The notes under the pieces were generated by a model. The model was not told the origin of the DNA and ran no database searches. It saw nothing but the letters and a program-made list of their open reading frames with translations. From Octopus sinensis (lineage: Eukaryota): a DNA stretch of 64,000 nt. Made by a program: the position numbers and the translations under genes. Below are positions 24,187-37,619 of this stretch, one piece after another; position 1 is the first letter of the stretch; each line of letters starts with the position of its first letter. The DNA lies in the NCBI RefSeq assembly GCF_006345805.1, contig NC_043001.1:102672001-102736000 (forward strand). Direction: 5' to 3'.

Positions 24187-24407
24187 CATGCATGGGCAAC
24201 CTGTGGCCTGTGGGTTGCATGCAGCCCTCAAAGAGTTTCTTGATTATTAATTTCATACTAAGACAAATAAAATTAAGAAGAACTGCAAAAAACGCAGTGT
24301 GAAGTGTGCAAGTAATATTTCATGCTTACGTGTTTTATCATGCGGCCCTCTCCCACTTGGAAACGGTATGATGCAGTCTTCAGTTGATGAAAAGTTTCCC
24401 ATCCCTG
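24187..24407. mobile_element. hAT-like MITE (second family)
   Basis: Termini CATGCATGGGCAAC / GTTTCCCATCCCTG; TSD CTCTAAAG/CTCTATAG. Confidence 0.75.
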
Positions 24408-24713
24408 CTCTATAGTTCCCATCATTTCCCACAACATCTTTATAAACTCAGTGAGGCACAGCTCAAGTTCTTTCTTTTCTCTTTATTTATTTCTTTTATC
24501 CGTTCTCTCCTCCATTTATTTTTTATTCTCTTACTCATCTACAGTCCTAATGAGAAAATAGCAGTGACTTTCATTTGTATAGTCACTGTTACTTTTAACA
24601 AGCAAATTAGACACAAGAGCAACTCAAGTCGGCTTTGTTGTTGCAGTTATGATCGTCATGATTCTCATCCCTAACCACAATAACAAAGAGCTGAAACTCT
24701 TCAATTTACATAC

Positions 24714-24756
24714 AAATGATAATAACTGAGACGCTTTCACTTCAGATTCTCTACAG
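24714..24756 (-). CDS. candidate internal exon (phase 2 to 0)
   Basis: Acceptor ctgtctataatgtag (moderate) and donor gtatgt; encodes CRESEVKASQLLSF and joins in frame to 23974-24029. Confidence 0.3.
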
Positions 24757-24865
24757 CTACATTATAGACAGTGTGTGCATCTGTGGTAGCCATCAATAAT
24801 TATGTGAGCACTTGAATCAAATGCAATCCCTACTGCCACTACCGTACATAACAAGAATTCCATCC

Positions 24866-24923
<58 letters not shown>

Positions 24924-25489
24924 ACACAAACTTGGAAACCCCCAGCTGAGATATAAGAAGAAAAGAAAAGGCCCCTGGACTGATTCAAAATTAGATGTCT
25001 GCAGCAGATGACCTCCACCACCCACTCCACACAAACACTGCACCACATCATATTCGGTTTTGTTTCATTTCATAGTCTTTGTTTATTTCCTTGGTTGAAA
25101 TCTGCAAGGTATGCTAAGTCTGTAGCAAAACTTAATGTATCTGACACATCTCTCACAATTATTGCTGTTTCTTGTTGATGTGCTAATATTGATGGTGGTG
25201 GTGGTGGTGGTGATGTTACTGGACTTGCTGATGTTATTGGTGGTGGTGGTGGTAGTGGTGGTGGTTGTGATGTTACTATTGCTGCTGTTACTTCTATTGT
25301 TGATAGGCTGGTTTTGTTTCCTGTTCTCTTCGAGCAATTAGATAAAAATGACTTTGAAAAAAACACCATATATGCCTTAAAGCTTATCCCTGGAAAGTTT
25401 TCATTAACAATAGATTAAAACAAACTTTTCACAGGAAAGAATGAAAGTATGAAAACAACAACAATGACAATAAACAACAAAACATAAAA

Positions 25490-25534
<45 letters not shown>

Positions 25535-25710
25535 AATAAAAGGACAAACAATTTATACTTTGCTTCCAAAATGACACAGCAGACATAATAAGTTTCGAGT
25601 TATGCTAAATAAAATTTGCTAATAATAGCAATTATAGGGAAGGTGGTAAATTTTGTCCAATCCAAACAATGATAGCTTCAAAACCAACTTGTGTCAAAAT
25701 TTGATGGTAC

Positions 25711-25746
25711 CTGAGGCTTGGTTTCAAGATAACGTCATGGTCATCT
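25711..25746 (-). CDS. candidate internal exon (phase 2 to 2)
   Basis: Acceptor ctgatgtctttatag and weak donor gtacca; encodes DDHDVILKPSL(S) and joins in frame to 24714-24756. Confidence 0.22.
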
Positions 25747-26806
25747 CTATAAAGACATCAGTTGTTAACAGTAATTCTTTTTTTAAAGTTTTATTCCCCA
25801 TAAATCCTCTCACCACGATTTGATCAAAGTTAAACAGAGATGGATTAAGGGAGCATGGGATAGATATTTTCATGTGGCAATGACACTTGTAAGCCTAAGT
25901 CTATCACCAACAAACAGTGGTCCTCAAAATGTTCTGTAATGGGTGATTTAGATGAAATCAAGAAATGTGGTCACTCACATTAATGTCACAACTTTACAGA
26001 TTGCCAGAGAAAAGTTAAGGGTTAAGAATTTGTTCTGTTGTAGCCATCCATTACACCAATTGCTTCCTTTGAACATAAATATAGCATTGCCCTTCCTTCT
26101 AATAAACATTTTACCCAGTTCTTCCTTTCCATAGAACTTAAAACTAACAACAACAATGTAAGCTGAACAATGGTTTGTAATCTACAGCTGTAGACCAGTT
26201 TGGCATTTTTTTCTTTTTGAATTCCGTCCTTTTCAAAACCATTTTACTTTATGTAATGAAGCAATGATAGTCATTCAATGGCAGCCTGTAAAACCTTTCC
26301 AGACACACAAATGGATGTTTCCCATTAATTCTCCAAATCAAATATTGTATAGATTTTAACAGTTTACGGCAGTACGTTTGTATATCATTTTACATCTATT
26401 TCTCTAAGCTGGCATGGGTTGGGTGAGCTTCCACACCACCCAACAGAGTCCGTCGTTATCTGTTACACATAGCAATAGAGAAAACAAAACAAAAAACAAA
26501 AAAAAAACAGGCAAATCAGTTAATGTGTATGTCATTAATGTGATATGGCTTCTATGGATGGAGTCCCACCCATCATCAACTACTTTACAGCACACATTTG
26601 TTGTATTACATAACTGTCTTTGTCAAGATTAATCAATTCTCTCTCTAAAGACTATCATCATTCCATCTTTTATCATGACTTTAAGAATTCAGTAATCTGC
26701 CTAGCTAAAACCACTTACAGAATAGAATGGGTGCATTTTATCATTGGCACCAGCACTAGAAAAAAACTATCTGTCAAGATCAGAGGTTCTCAACCATTTT
26801 TGCCTA

Positions 26807-27329
26807 CTGTAAACCCTCGAGTATAGTCCAACCTTGAGAATAATACACAGGGGATTTTTAGGGGGCTGTACCTCTGAAAAACCTAAACCTTGTGTATAAT
26901 ACGCACTCCTTCTCTAACATGAGTCGTGCGTAATTAAGCCAGCAGCACCTAGTCGAACAAACACTTCCGCGCATGCGTAATACAATAATGGTGATGTTCT
27001 TAACTGTTATGTGGGAATGTAAATATGTTTGCAAATTGTTTTTGTTACATGTTATTCTGTGTTCTGAATACTTTTTATTTTAATAAATGTTGCTTACTGC
27101 AAGTTATGGATGATTCTTTTATGACTTCATTGCTTTCAAGCTTAGCTTAAGGTATTTTCGCACCCGGCATCACAAAATGTGTCTGAACAAACATTAGCGG
27201 ACAGCAAATAGAGACTCAGACATTGCTTAGAAAATATTTTTCATTTTTAACCTCGTGTATAGTACGCACTAGGGATTTTGACCTTTAAATTTTGGGGAAA
27301 AAACGCAGATTAGACTCGAAGATTTACGG
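26807..27329. mobile_element. pogo/Tigger-like MITE
   Basis: TA TSDs at 26805-06 and 27330-31. TIRs CTGTAAACCCTCGAGTATAGTC versus reverse-complement CCGTAAATCTTCGAGTCTAATC. Confidence 0.8.
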
Positions 27330-27515
27330 TATGAATCCCTTTGGTTCTTGTTTTACTCTACTGGAACTCCTTAGCCATTCAATACATAAAAAAATATCTT
27401 ATTGTATTTTAATAATTAAATATTATTAGGAATTTTATTAAAAAATTTTTGATATTTTGTGTCTTGTAGAAGTATAAGCAATTTACAGAACATAAATTTT
27501 AACAACTAAATCTTA

Positions 27516-28248
27516 CGAGGAGGTACCCAAAAGTAACAAGAAATGCACTCAGTAGAACAAACTCGTAGTTAATGGCCTCTGCTGCAAGAACCCAGCTGGT
27601 GCAACCATCAGGCATCAGTCTGCCAACTGGCAGTGTCCATTGGACTTATACTGCCATGTAGTGCATCTTTGTTTTGCAGTGCTTCTCCCCTGTTCACTGA
27701 TTTTTGCAATGGCTGAAATGAAGGACCATCGTGTTTCTGTAAAATCCTGTTTTCTGCTGGGGAAAATGGTGGCCAAACCAGTTGTCATGCTTCAAACAGC
27801 TTACAAAGACACTGCCATGAGCAAAACACAAGTTTACAAGTGGCTTTCATGCTTTAGGAATGGTCCCTTGTTACTGGGAGACTAACCTCATTCAGGACAA
27901 CAGTAGATATCCCGAATGAATGAAAACATTATGAAAATTCAAGAACTGATCTTGGAGGACCTTCACCAAGGACCTTCACGAAGGTCATCGCTGGTGATGA
28001 AAGCTGGTGCTACAGAAGTTATAGATGTACAAGAGGTGGATAAAAACAAAATGACAGAGACGTTAAAAGGCATCAATTCACCAAGCGTTCCAGCACTGCT
28101 TCAAATAGTGGGAAACGTGCCTAGGCTGATGCATTGCTTCAAATAGTGGGAAACGTGCCTAGGCTGATGCATTGCTTCAAATGGAGAATATTTTGAAGGT
28201 GAGTAAAATAATATTGCAAAATTCCAGTTTCTGTTAGGTAGCCCCTCA
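27516..28248 (+). mobile_element. internally deleted mariner element
   Basis: TA TSDs and imperfect TIRs (CGAGGAGGTACCCAAAAG / reverse-complement TGAGGGGCTACCTAACAG). HTH remnant FLLGKMVAKPVVMLQTAYKDTAMSKTQVYKW is joined to the C-terminal CIASNGEYFEG. Confidence 0.88.
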
Positions 28249-29766
28249 TATATGAATCTCCAAGGCCATATGGACCACAGATGAGAGCCACTGGTCTAGA
28301 TTAAAATGTTCCCTCTAGACTAGTTCAGATATTATACAGAGTCAGTGTCTTCTAGATGGGTTGCCTTCACTACATCTTGTGGAGTCTCAAAAATTTCCAT
28401 GCAAAAACCTTTTCATGAACAGCTTTGTGTTGAGTGCTTAACTTCCAGTGTGGGTCACCTCTGCTATGACCAAAGCCATAACTTTCCTTGATTTTCACAA
28501 TTTACAAAGTTGCTTTGAACCAATAGCTACAAAGCTGTCTCTGATATAGCAGTAGACTGAGGGAACCAGCAGGTACTAGTGTTATCCCCTTGGTACTAGG
28601 TAGAAAGAGACTAGGCAGATTTAGGTACCAAGTTGATAGTTTAAAGACTAGTGAACTAACGGCATCTGGGTACACTTGTCAGTATTGGTGCTGAGAGGGG
28701 GGAAACATACAGGCATACCCTCCATCTGCCTGTCTACACACAAAACACACAAGTCATGGAAAAACTGTGACCTGAAAGTACTTTCTAAATAGAACACCTA
28801 ATTTCACAACGAAAATACCATTTATTAAAATTACCTTGAATTTCTTAATGGTGCAACCTGCCTGATGAGCTATGCTACATGAGGCCCACATCTCAAAAGA
28901 AATTACTCATGCTTCATGTATGTATGCAGGGCTGCCATTTGATTTTCTAAATAAGAATAAGAAATTATTCTCTTCTAAATACAATTAGCACCCTAAATGC
29001 CTTTCTACAATTCTGTGAAGGGACCTCTCTATGGGGATGGGTTGTTCACATGACAGGAGCATTTGGTGGCATATGGGCTAATGGTTGTCAAGCACAGGAG
29101 TGGAGGTGGGAAGGTAACACAACAATGATCACTGCAAATGCATTGGCAAAGTCAGGCAGACGGCAGGGTTTGTTGTTGAATTTATATTGTTACACATGGT
29201 GTGTATAACAAACATGCATAGTAGGAGATAGAGGGAGGGTGGGATAGAGAAAGTGATAGTAAAATCAAAGAAGAGAAAGAGAGACAGGGAGAAACCATTA
29301 TTGACAAAAGAGTTTTTAATGTAAAACTGTGAATTCTTTCTAGGCAATGAAGGGCTACAAAAGATATGTTTCACTCTGGATTAATGGCAACAACTAAATG
29401 CAAGATAACACTGGTGTATCACTGATGATCTGCTACCTGGTAGCTAGCTTCACACAATGAAACACTTGCTGCTATATTAATGGTTTGATGTTATTTTACC
29501 TGAAAGGTGTTAAAGATAAATAGCTAACCACCCACCATTAACCTGTGCTCCTTTCTGTAGCTTAATATTAATTTATCTAGACAAGGTCAGTGAAGGTTTG
29601 TCAGTGCTACTAGATTTGAAGTCTTACAAATGATAAAAAACAAAAATGGATCTATTTTCCTTATATTTTAGAAAAACATCAAAATACAGAAAAACCCATA
29701 TAGTTTCAGTAAACTAAAGTAATTCCATATTCTTAAAGCAATCATTATATTTACTTCCTATTAAAG

Positions 29767-29998
29767 GGCAGCGAGTTGGCAGAATTGTTAGCACGCCGAG
29801 CGAAATGCTTAGCAGTATTTCATCTGCCGTTACATTGTGAGTTCAAATTCTGCCAAGGTCGACTTTGCCTTTCATCCTTTCGGAGTTGATTAAGTAAGTA
29901 CCAGTTACGCACTAGGGTCGATATAATCAACTTAATCCCTTTGTCTGTCCTTGTTTGTCTCCCACTATGTTTAGCCCCCTATGGGCAATAAAGAAATA
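29767..29998 (+). mobile_element. SINE family A, full length
   Basis: 23-bp TSD ATTATATTTACTT(C/T)CTATTAAAG with one mismatch (29744-29766 / 29999-30021). Confidence 0.92.
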
Positions 29999-30178
29999 AT
30001 TATATTTACTTTCTATTAAAGATTTCTGACATCTCTATACAAAACGTAGCAAAAATCAGTGCTGGCTATAAGTTCTACAGAACTTCCGTAGAAATAACCT
30101 TAACAAAATAATGTACGAGCACTGCTGATGCAACAGAATGTCATAGTGACTAATAAAAAAATTAAGTATACATTGGAG

Positions 30179-30478
30179 CAGCAATATTCAAAGTGGTGGT
30201 CTGCGTACCAGTGCTGGTCCACAAGCCATCAGCTTCTGGTACACAGCAAGTTTCCTGAGAAGAAAGAAACATTATAAAATGCTTATAAAATGATTATGTA
30301 ATATTGTATTATTTGTTCACAAAATAAATATAAGATAATAAAAATTGTCGACTTTTAAAATATTCATTATATATATTGTTTCCGGTATAAATTAATATTA
30401 TTAAGAAATATTACCGATCCCTGGGACATTGGGAAAAAAACTGCCAGCATGCCATATCAGAGAGTTTGAGAAGCACAG
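30179..30478. mobile_element. hAT-like MITE, decayed
   Basis: Termini CAGCAATATTCAAA / TTTGAGAAGCACAG; weak TSD (5/8 match). Confidence 0.5.
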
Positions 30479-31024
30479 TCTTAGAGTATATTGTGCTTAT
30501 GAAGTACCACGTACCTACAAACCTTTAATGTTTGCATATCAGCCACAGGAATGCATCTAATATGTAAATTGGTATATCTAATAACTTACAACCACTGTAT
30601 GTGGTGGTTATAGAAGCAAGGTGGTTGAAGGTGAGAGTGGGTTTGATAGGTGGTGATGAAGGGGCAAAAACCTCTAAAATATGGCATATACACTCATTAC
30701 CCATTCTCGTCTTTGATCACATTGTTTACATCTGACATCTCGATATGAAATGTAGCAAAAAATCAGCGCTGGCTAAAATTTCTATAGAATCTCTGTAGAA
30801 ATAACGTCAACAAAATTACTTTCTATTATCCAGTTTCACATGGGAAAGGATGAAATTCTCAGTGATTTTACAGAAGTTGTTATCTGACAATAAAAATATT
30901 TCATCAATGCAACAGCATCATTATGACATATATGGGGATAGGATATCTCATTGCTGCTCATTACAGTATTAAAAGATATTCAGGATGATACTGATATTGA
31001 AGCTAAAGCTAATCATAAAATTAC

Positions 31025-31073
<49 letters not shown>

Positions 31074-32115
31074 GCAGTAGCAGCAGTTGGCTTAAGCAGA
31101 AGCCAATGTAGCATTAATTGTGATGATAATAATTATTATACTGACACAATGTGGTATTTCTGCACACTGCCATGGCTGACTTCCTTCATCACACCATAAG
31201 TTCCACAGAAATAACGCAACAACTTCAGCTTGAGTTTCCTTCAGCTGGCCACTGCCTACCTACCCTCCGTTACTTTACAGAACATTCTCTCTCAATATGG
31301 CAGGTATTCAAATTATATACCCACACAAGATTAATTCTCTTCTAATATGTCACTTTGTGTTTCAAGTACACATTGGATAGCAAACATACTGTTGCAAGTT
31401 CCATTCGTTCATTTCAAATTATTTCATTGTAATTAAAACATATGCATCATATGGTCTACACATAATACAAAGCAGGATCATTTGTCATAAACAGAAGCAG
31501 TCATTGTCTAGATTTCTTCTAAATGCTCTGTAAACTCATATTCTGCTGCTGGCTCCAGCCTTAGCAATTATTAAATCAGCTATATAGCCTTAATCCTCCC
31601 CCATTAACTGTATCAAAGCATCTAAGAATATAATGGGTTTTATTCAAATGTCAAATATTCTAGTAACAAGAAGATTCATATAAACTGAATTATATAAACT
31701 TATATAACCAGAGTGCTCACCAGAATTAAGGCTACATTTACAATATTAAAGAAGATCAGCTGAGAATATTCAGACACAAAATCTATGGATGATATAGATT
31801 AAAGTAAAACAATACTTATATTCCGGTGAGTTTTAGTGTTGAGAATTGTGAACAAAAGAATATCACATCTTTATTTTCCAGAAATAGAGATAGCTATAAA
31901 CAACCACTTCCTCTCACATTGCTCAATTACCACCAAAACCATTTCCAGAGAGCCAGATCTGTCAGAGACTTATTCTCTGCCCTAAACAGAAGGGGCTTTT
32001 CACCACTGTGAACCTCAGAAAAAGCATCAGAATTCAACTTGGCATGAAAGCTTAGTTTAGTTGCCTACCTATAGGCTCAACTCATCTCTCATCTCTTAGA
32101 TCATCATCAGACCAT

Positions 32116-32156
<41 letters not shown>

Positions 32157-32639
32157 CCACACTACCAACTCTGCTATTTCTAGCCATGTTTCTTACACAC
32201 TTTCCTCGGTAAATTCACTACTAATTACCAATGTCACCACTATTTGTCCCTTCTTGATATTATTCTTCAGAGTAAGCATCATACACATGCAACTTAGATA
32301 AAATATCTCACACCTTCATTGCTAAACTATCCTAAATTGTCCTTCAGTAAAGCTAGGAGTACCAAGTCTCCTTCAAAAGTACCAAAAATTCAATTTCCCA
32401 AAACAGTTAGAAAACAAATTTTGCATCATGCCTTCCCTACACATAATACACAACCAGAACTCCTAAAACTGTTGCAAATGCTACATGTTATTAAGTATAT
32501 CTTATGTTTCCATCGTATATATAACATTACCAAAAGTTAGCCATAAAGACGAAGCCTTTTTTCAGGTTCAGAAACTTCACCTCTTATCAGATGCTGATTG
32601 CCTAATTTCAAGGGCAATTCATATCAGAAAACTGCTTAA

Positions 32640-33080
32640 CCCTTTCGAATTCACATTACTTTGTCAAATGTAAAGCTCATTTGGAGTAAAGATTATTTGC
32701 CAACATAACATGGCAATTCTGGTTTAGAACTAAGGTTGCTGTAATTTAGCCCCAGGAGACATCGTCTCCCGCTGGCCATATGACACAATCTGTATCCTTA
32801 TATTTATGAACAAGAGAATCTAGCACTTCCACTCAGCTCAAAACAATATCTGTGTATCGTGATTTCCAGGAAATCCCTTCATCAGCACAGAATAAAAAGC
32901 TTCTTTATTCACCACATTGCCTCAAATTAACCATGCGTTACTTTGTAGCTTTGAGATTTCTATGATGTAATTGCTTACGTTTCAAATGATATTGTAAAGT
33001 ATTTGTGAGAGGTTGGATGTACATAAAATAGGTGGAATATTTGGGGGGGGTCTGATATGGTAGGTTTAAATGTTAAAGGG
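32640..33080. mobile_element. piggyBac-like MITE
   Basis: TTAA|CCCTTT start and AAAGGG end; internal blocks are shared with 61391-61613. Confidence 0.6.
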
Positions 33081-33573
33081 CAAAATATGTGAGGCACTAC
33101 TACTGCTCTACATCACGAACCTTCATTTGATTGTTTTCAAAATCTAGTTTCAATACATGAATTCACATGTTGCTTGGTCTTGCTTATCTTGGCTACAATC
33201 AACCATCGGAAATACAACTTAGTCTTTATCTAGCTTGTATCAGCACCAATACCATATGATACTAATACCAAACACTGTAGTCAAACAGTTGCCCCTTTAG
33301 ATTTCTTTCTAAATATACACAATACATTCATTTAAAAAGAAGACAATATCTGAGTAAAACTTGTTTTCTCTTTGTGAGCACAGTTGACAAACATTCTGAC
33401 TGGACTCAAATTTCTCAAAATGATACTGCATTAGCAGTTAGTTAAAACTGGAAAGATTGAAATAAAAATAATACTTTATTGCATTCCCTTTCTGGAGTTA
33501 AAATTTCAAGGGAGAAGAATGAAATTATACTAAATAGAAAAATGTTGAAACGGAACTCAAAAAACATGTACTA

Positions 33574-33762
<189 letters not shown>

Positions 33763-34797
33763 TCAAGAAAGGACATTAATATTAATCACAATGATCATTG
33801 TAATAATAGAATATTAGCTATAGTATAATAGTGTCGCTACTACTACCACCACAACTAATGTCAACAAAACAACAACAATCATGGCCAAGAAATCTTTGTG
33901 AAGAATCAAACCTGGAACTAAATAACAATTATCAAGTCTTGCAAAAGGTAATTGAAATTAATTAATTCCTTCAAATAATTAATCCAGAAGACATTGAAGG
34001 GTATTTTTCCCATGTTTTATTGATGGCATGCTGAAATTCAATGACAATCACACCTTGGCTTGTTGTTGTTCTGTTTTTCTTTCTTTAATTTTCACAACAG
34101 AAATACAAAAAGGAATTGGGAGGAAAGAAAGAATAAGGTTCTAGCATAGTTATAGCACACACACACACACACACACACGGATGTAGTGCCGTTTCAAAAA
34201 GAAAGAAAGAAGCCATAGCACTTAAGTGGTGATTGCAGAGTTCAAAACAAAGAAGGGAGAAAACAAAAACTAAATCAGTGGATAATGTGTTGGATTTGCA
34301 GCACTAAAGAAACATGTTCAATATCCTGTGGCAAAGTTATCAAACATAATAAAGAATTGGAGTAAATATTTTAGTATTTAATTTAATATACTATCATCAT
34401 TATATAACGACCGCTTTCCATGCTGGTATGGGTACAACGGTGAGGCTGCACCAGGCTCAATATGATCAGGCAAAGTTTCTACAGCTGGATACCATTCCTA
34501 ATGCCAACCACTCCAAGAGTGTAGTGGGTGCTTTTACCTGTCACCGGCACAAGGGCCAGTCAGGCGGTTCTGGCAATGGCCATGCTCAAAAGCTGTTTTA
34601 CATGCTACCTGCACAGGTAGATTGTAGATAGTGACTTCAGGATCAGGGCTAAGTGGATGCCCAGAAGATGACCAGCATAGAGGAGAAGAGTCTGGAAGCT
34701 TAATGATCCTGCAAATGGACAGGGATTTAGAGACATATTACTCAAAGATTTTGATGAAATAGAAGGGAATATAGCTTCACACTATGTATATATATAT

Positions 34798-35000
34798 AGT
34801 GAATCCAAACAAGAACAAGCGAGAAAAAGCATGAGAATGTGGTATAAGTAACTGTGTTATTGGACACTCAGGAAAGGAAAGAAAAGAAAGAGGATTTCAC
34901 GTTTCAAGCGGAGCTCTTCATCAGAAATATAGAAATAAGTCCAAAGAAGGGAAGATAAATAAAGAAAATCACCAACAATACACACATGGCCACATGTATA
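34798..35000 (-). mobile_element. Penelope-like repeat remnant containing a minimal hammerhead ribozyme core
   Basis: Minus strand 34928-34891 reads ATTT CTGATGA AGAGC TCC GCTT GAAACGTG AAAT. Confidence 0.6.
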
Positions 35001-35004
35001 TATA

Positions 35005-35420
35005 TATCATCATCATCATCATCATCATCGTTTAACGTCCGTTTTCCGCACTAGCACGGGTTGGACGGTTTGACCGGGGTCTAGGAAGCCAGGGGCTGCA
35101 TCAGGCTCCAGTCTGATCTCGCAGTGTTTCTACAGCTGGATGCCCTTCCTAACGCCAACCACTCCGTGAGTGTAGTGGGTGCTTTTTACGTGCCACCGGC
35201 ACAGGTGCCAGGGGAGTTTGGCATCGGCCACGATCGGTTGGTGCTTTTCACGTGCCACCAGCATGGAAGCCAGTCAAGGCAGCACTGGCATCAGCCACGT
35301 TCGGATGGTGTTTTTTATGTGCCACCGGCACAGAAGCCAGTCGAGGCGGCACTGGCATCGGCCACGTTCGGATGGTACTTTTTATGTGCCACCGGCACAG
35401 GTATCACAACTACTATTTCC
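35005..35420 (-). mobile_element. RTE 3' UTR/tail with about 3.7 repeat units
   Basis: (CAT)n tail; units start at 35178, 35240, 35307 and 35374. Confidence 0.88.
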
Positions 35421-36146
35421 ATTGATATATATATATATACATGCATATATAAAGAGAAATAACACAAAAGGGTAATTGAATCAGGAATAAACTAAGTCAC
35501 ACATAGATGCCGAGAATTCTATCTGAAACAAAGTTTTATTTTTTTATTTTTTTCGTAGTTAAATTTAACACCAAAATATTACAGATATTTCTCCCCAAAG
35601 GATGAATGACGGAAGGCAACTGACTCAAAATATTCAAACTTAGAAGCATGACAAGCTTCATGAAGATATTATGAAGAAAGCGGTGCAACTGTGCTCCTTT
35701 TGCAATAAATCTACCAGTATGTGGGTATGCACATGTGCGTGGGTGTATGTGGGTGGGTTTGTGGGTTTGAGTGAGTGGGGGGGAGTGCATATAATGTGCA
35801 TAATGTACAGATATACAAACAAAAATGCGTGTGAGTATAACTGTGCAAATATGAATATGTGCACCCCTACATATAAAGATTTACACATGAAAATAAACAA
35901 TAAGATGCCATATTCAAAACAGAATGATTCCATACCATTCAAAAATAAATGTAAAAGCAAATATAAAGAATATAAAGAAAAAAAAAAAAACGTGCCTGAA
36001 ATCTCCAAGACTTAACTTTCACTTATTTTCAATGCAACTGTCAAAACTAATATAGCTAACAGGTGTCTAGTGTCCAATTCAAAAGACTAATTTACATATG
36101 GGCCTTCCAGTGATATCCCCCATTCTACCATCTCTCTCTCTCTCTT

Positions 36147-36202
<56 letters not shown>

Positions 36203-37219
36203 GCTGTCTATTTCCTCTCCTTCTGTCAATTTGAGGAAAATTCTTCAATTAACCCACTAGAACTCTTCTTGCTATACCTCTTTTATTCCTCCTGCTATTT
36301 CCTTATCATTTAACCATTTTTACTGAAATCATTCTGAAAGTAATAACAGAATTTGTTTTGGGTAAATAAAACGTAAATTCTATACAGAAAGTTTATTTTG
36401 AAATGGCAAAAAAAATTCTTTAAATATGACAAATATTTCAGATTTTTTCTTCATTCTCTTTTTTTATTTTTTTTTTTTTAGCTTTTAGACATAATTCATA
36501 TATAAAAAAGAGAAAAATTTAAATGCTTGTGTTGATATGGGGTGTATGGGGAAGAAAAATTTCTAATTGAAAATTCCACTCACCCCCAAACAACCAACCT
36601 ATTTATACATGACATTCGAAGAGAAAATTCAGAAACATGAAAGCAATGATAACATTCTCGCCAATTTTTATATTAATCAGTGAGAATTAGAAACAAATAT
36701 AATTATAATTTCATAGAATCTTTTTTTTTTTAATTACTAAGTGATGTTGATATTTTTTTTATATAACCTTACAGCAGTTTTAAGTATGAAATCTAACAAA
36801 AGAGAAATAAAATTAAAACCTTACAGTAGAAAAGTCACCTATTACTTCTCTTTACTTTGTTATAAAGTTGTTCTTTTTGTTTGGTTTCTATCAATATATT
36901 TCTATATCAGATGAGAACACAGACGACATAATACAGAAATGCAACGAAGGTAGATGGTCTGTTATACAGCCTGGATTATACACACACAATCCTAGAATAC
37001 ACCACTTTAGCTTGTGTAGAATTATACTCCCCACCATTGTCCCATGAAGGCAGACCCTTTCTGTTTCACTGACTGTCTCTCTCTATTTCTTGCCTTCCTT
37101 CCTTGTAACCAAGTAACCAAGTGTCTCCTCAATAATATGACAGTTATTTCTTGTCCCTCTATCATACTCTAATCTCTTGGTTCCTCTCCTCTCCCTCAGG
37201 TAGTAGTGGTCATCTTATA

Positions 37220-37600
37220 CCATGGCACTCTGTCAGTTACAACGATGAGGGTTCCAGTTGATCTGATCAACAGAACAGCCTGCTCATGAAATTAACATTC
37301 AAGTGGTTGAGCACTCCACAGATGTGCACCTTTAACGTAGGTCTCAGGGAGATTCAGCATGACACAAGAGTGTGACAAGGCTGGCCCTTTGAAATACAGG
37401 TACAACAGAAACAGAAAGAGTGAGAGAAAGTTGTGGTGAAAGAATACAGCAGGGTTTACCACCAGCCCCTGCCAGAGCCTCGTGGAGCTTTAGATGTTTT
37501 CGCTCAATAAACACTCACAATGCCCGGTCCAAGAATCAAAACTGCAATCCTATGACCACGACTCTACTGCCCTAACCACTGGGCCATTGCACTTCCTCGG
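37220..37600 (-). mobile_element. SINE family C variant
   Basis: Body matches 16701-17030, with an additional segment near the head. Confidence 0.75.
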
Positions 37601-37619
37601 TCACAATACATGAGTAAAG

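Larger units (their letters stand above)
26781..28293. mobile_element. hAT-like MITE hosting two nested DNA transposons
   Basis: Termini CAGAGGTTCTCA / TGAGAGCCACTG; TSD GTCAAGAT/GTCTAGAT. Removing the two inserts restores a sequence matching 19199-19521. Confidence 0.85.

Noticed and set aside
25075-25107. Plus-strand exon candidates (here and near 36911-36949)
   Set aside because: Isolated, very short, and against the inferred transcription direction; no supporting chain of exons.
32560-32595. Third hammerhead-like motif (CTGATAA...CCTGAAA, minus strand)
   Set aside because: The core is mutated and there is no stem III or cleavage site; not supportable.
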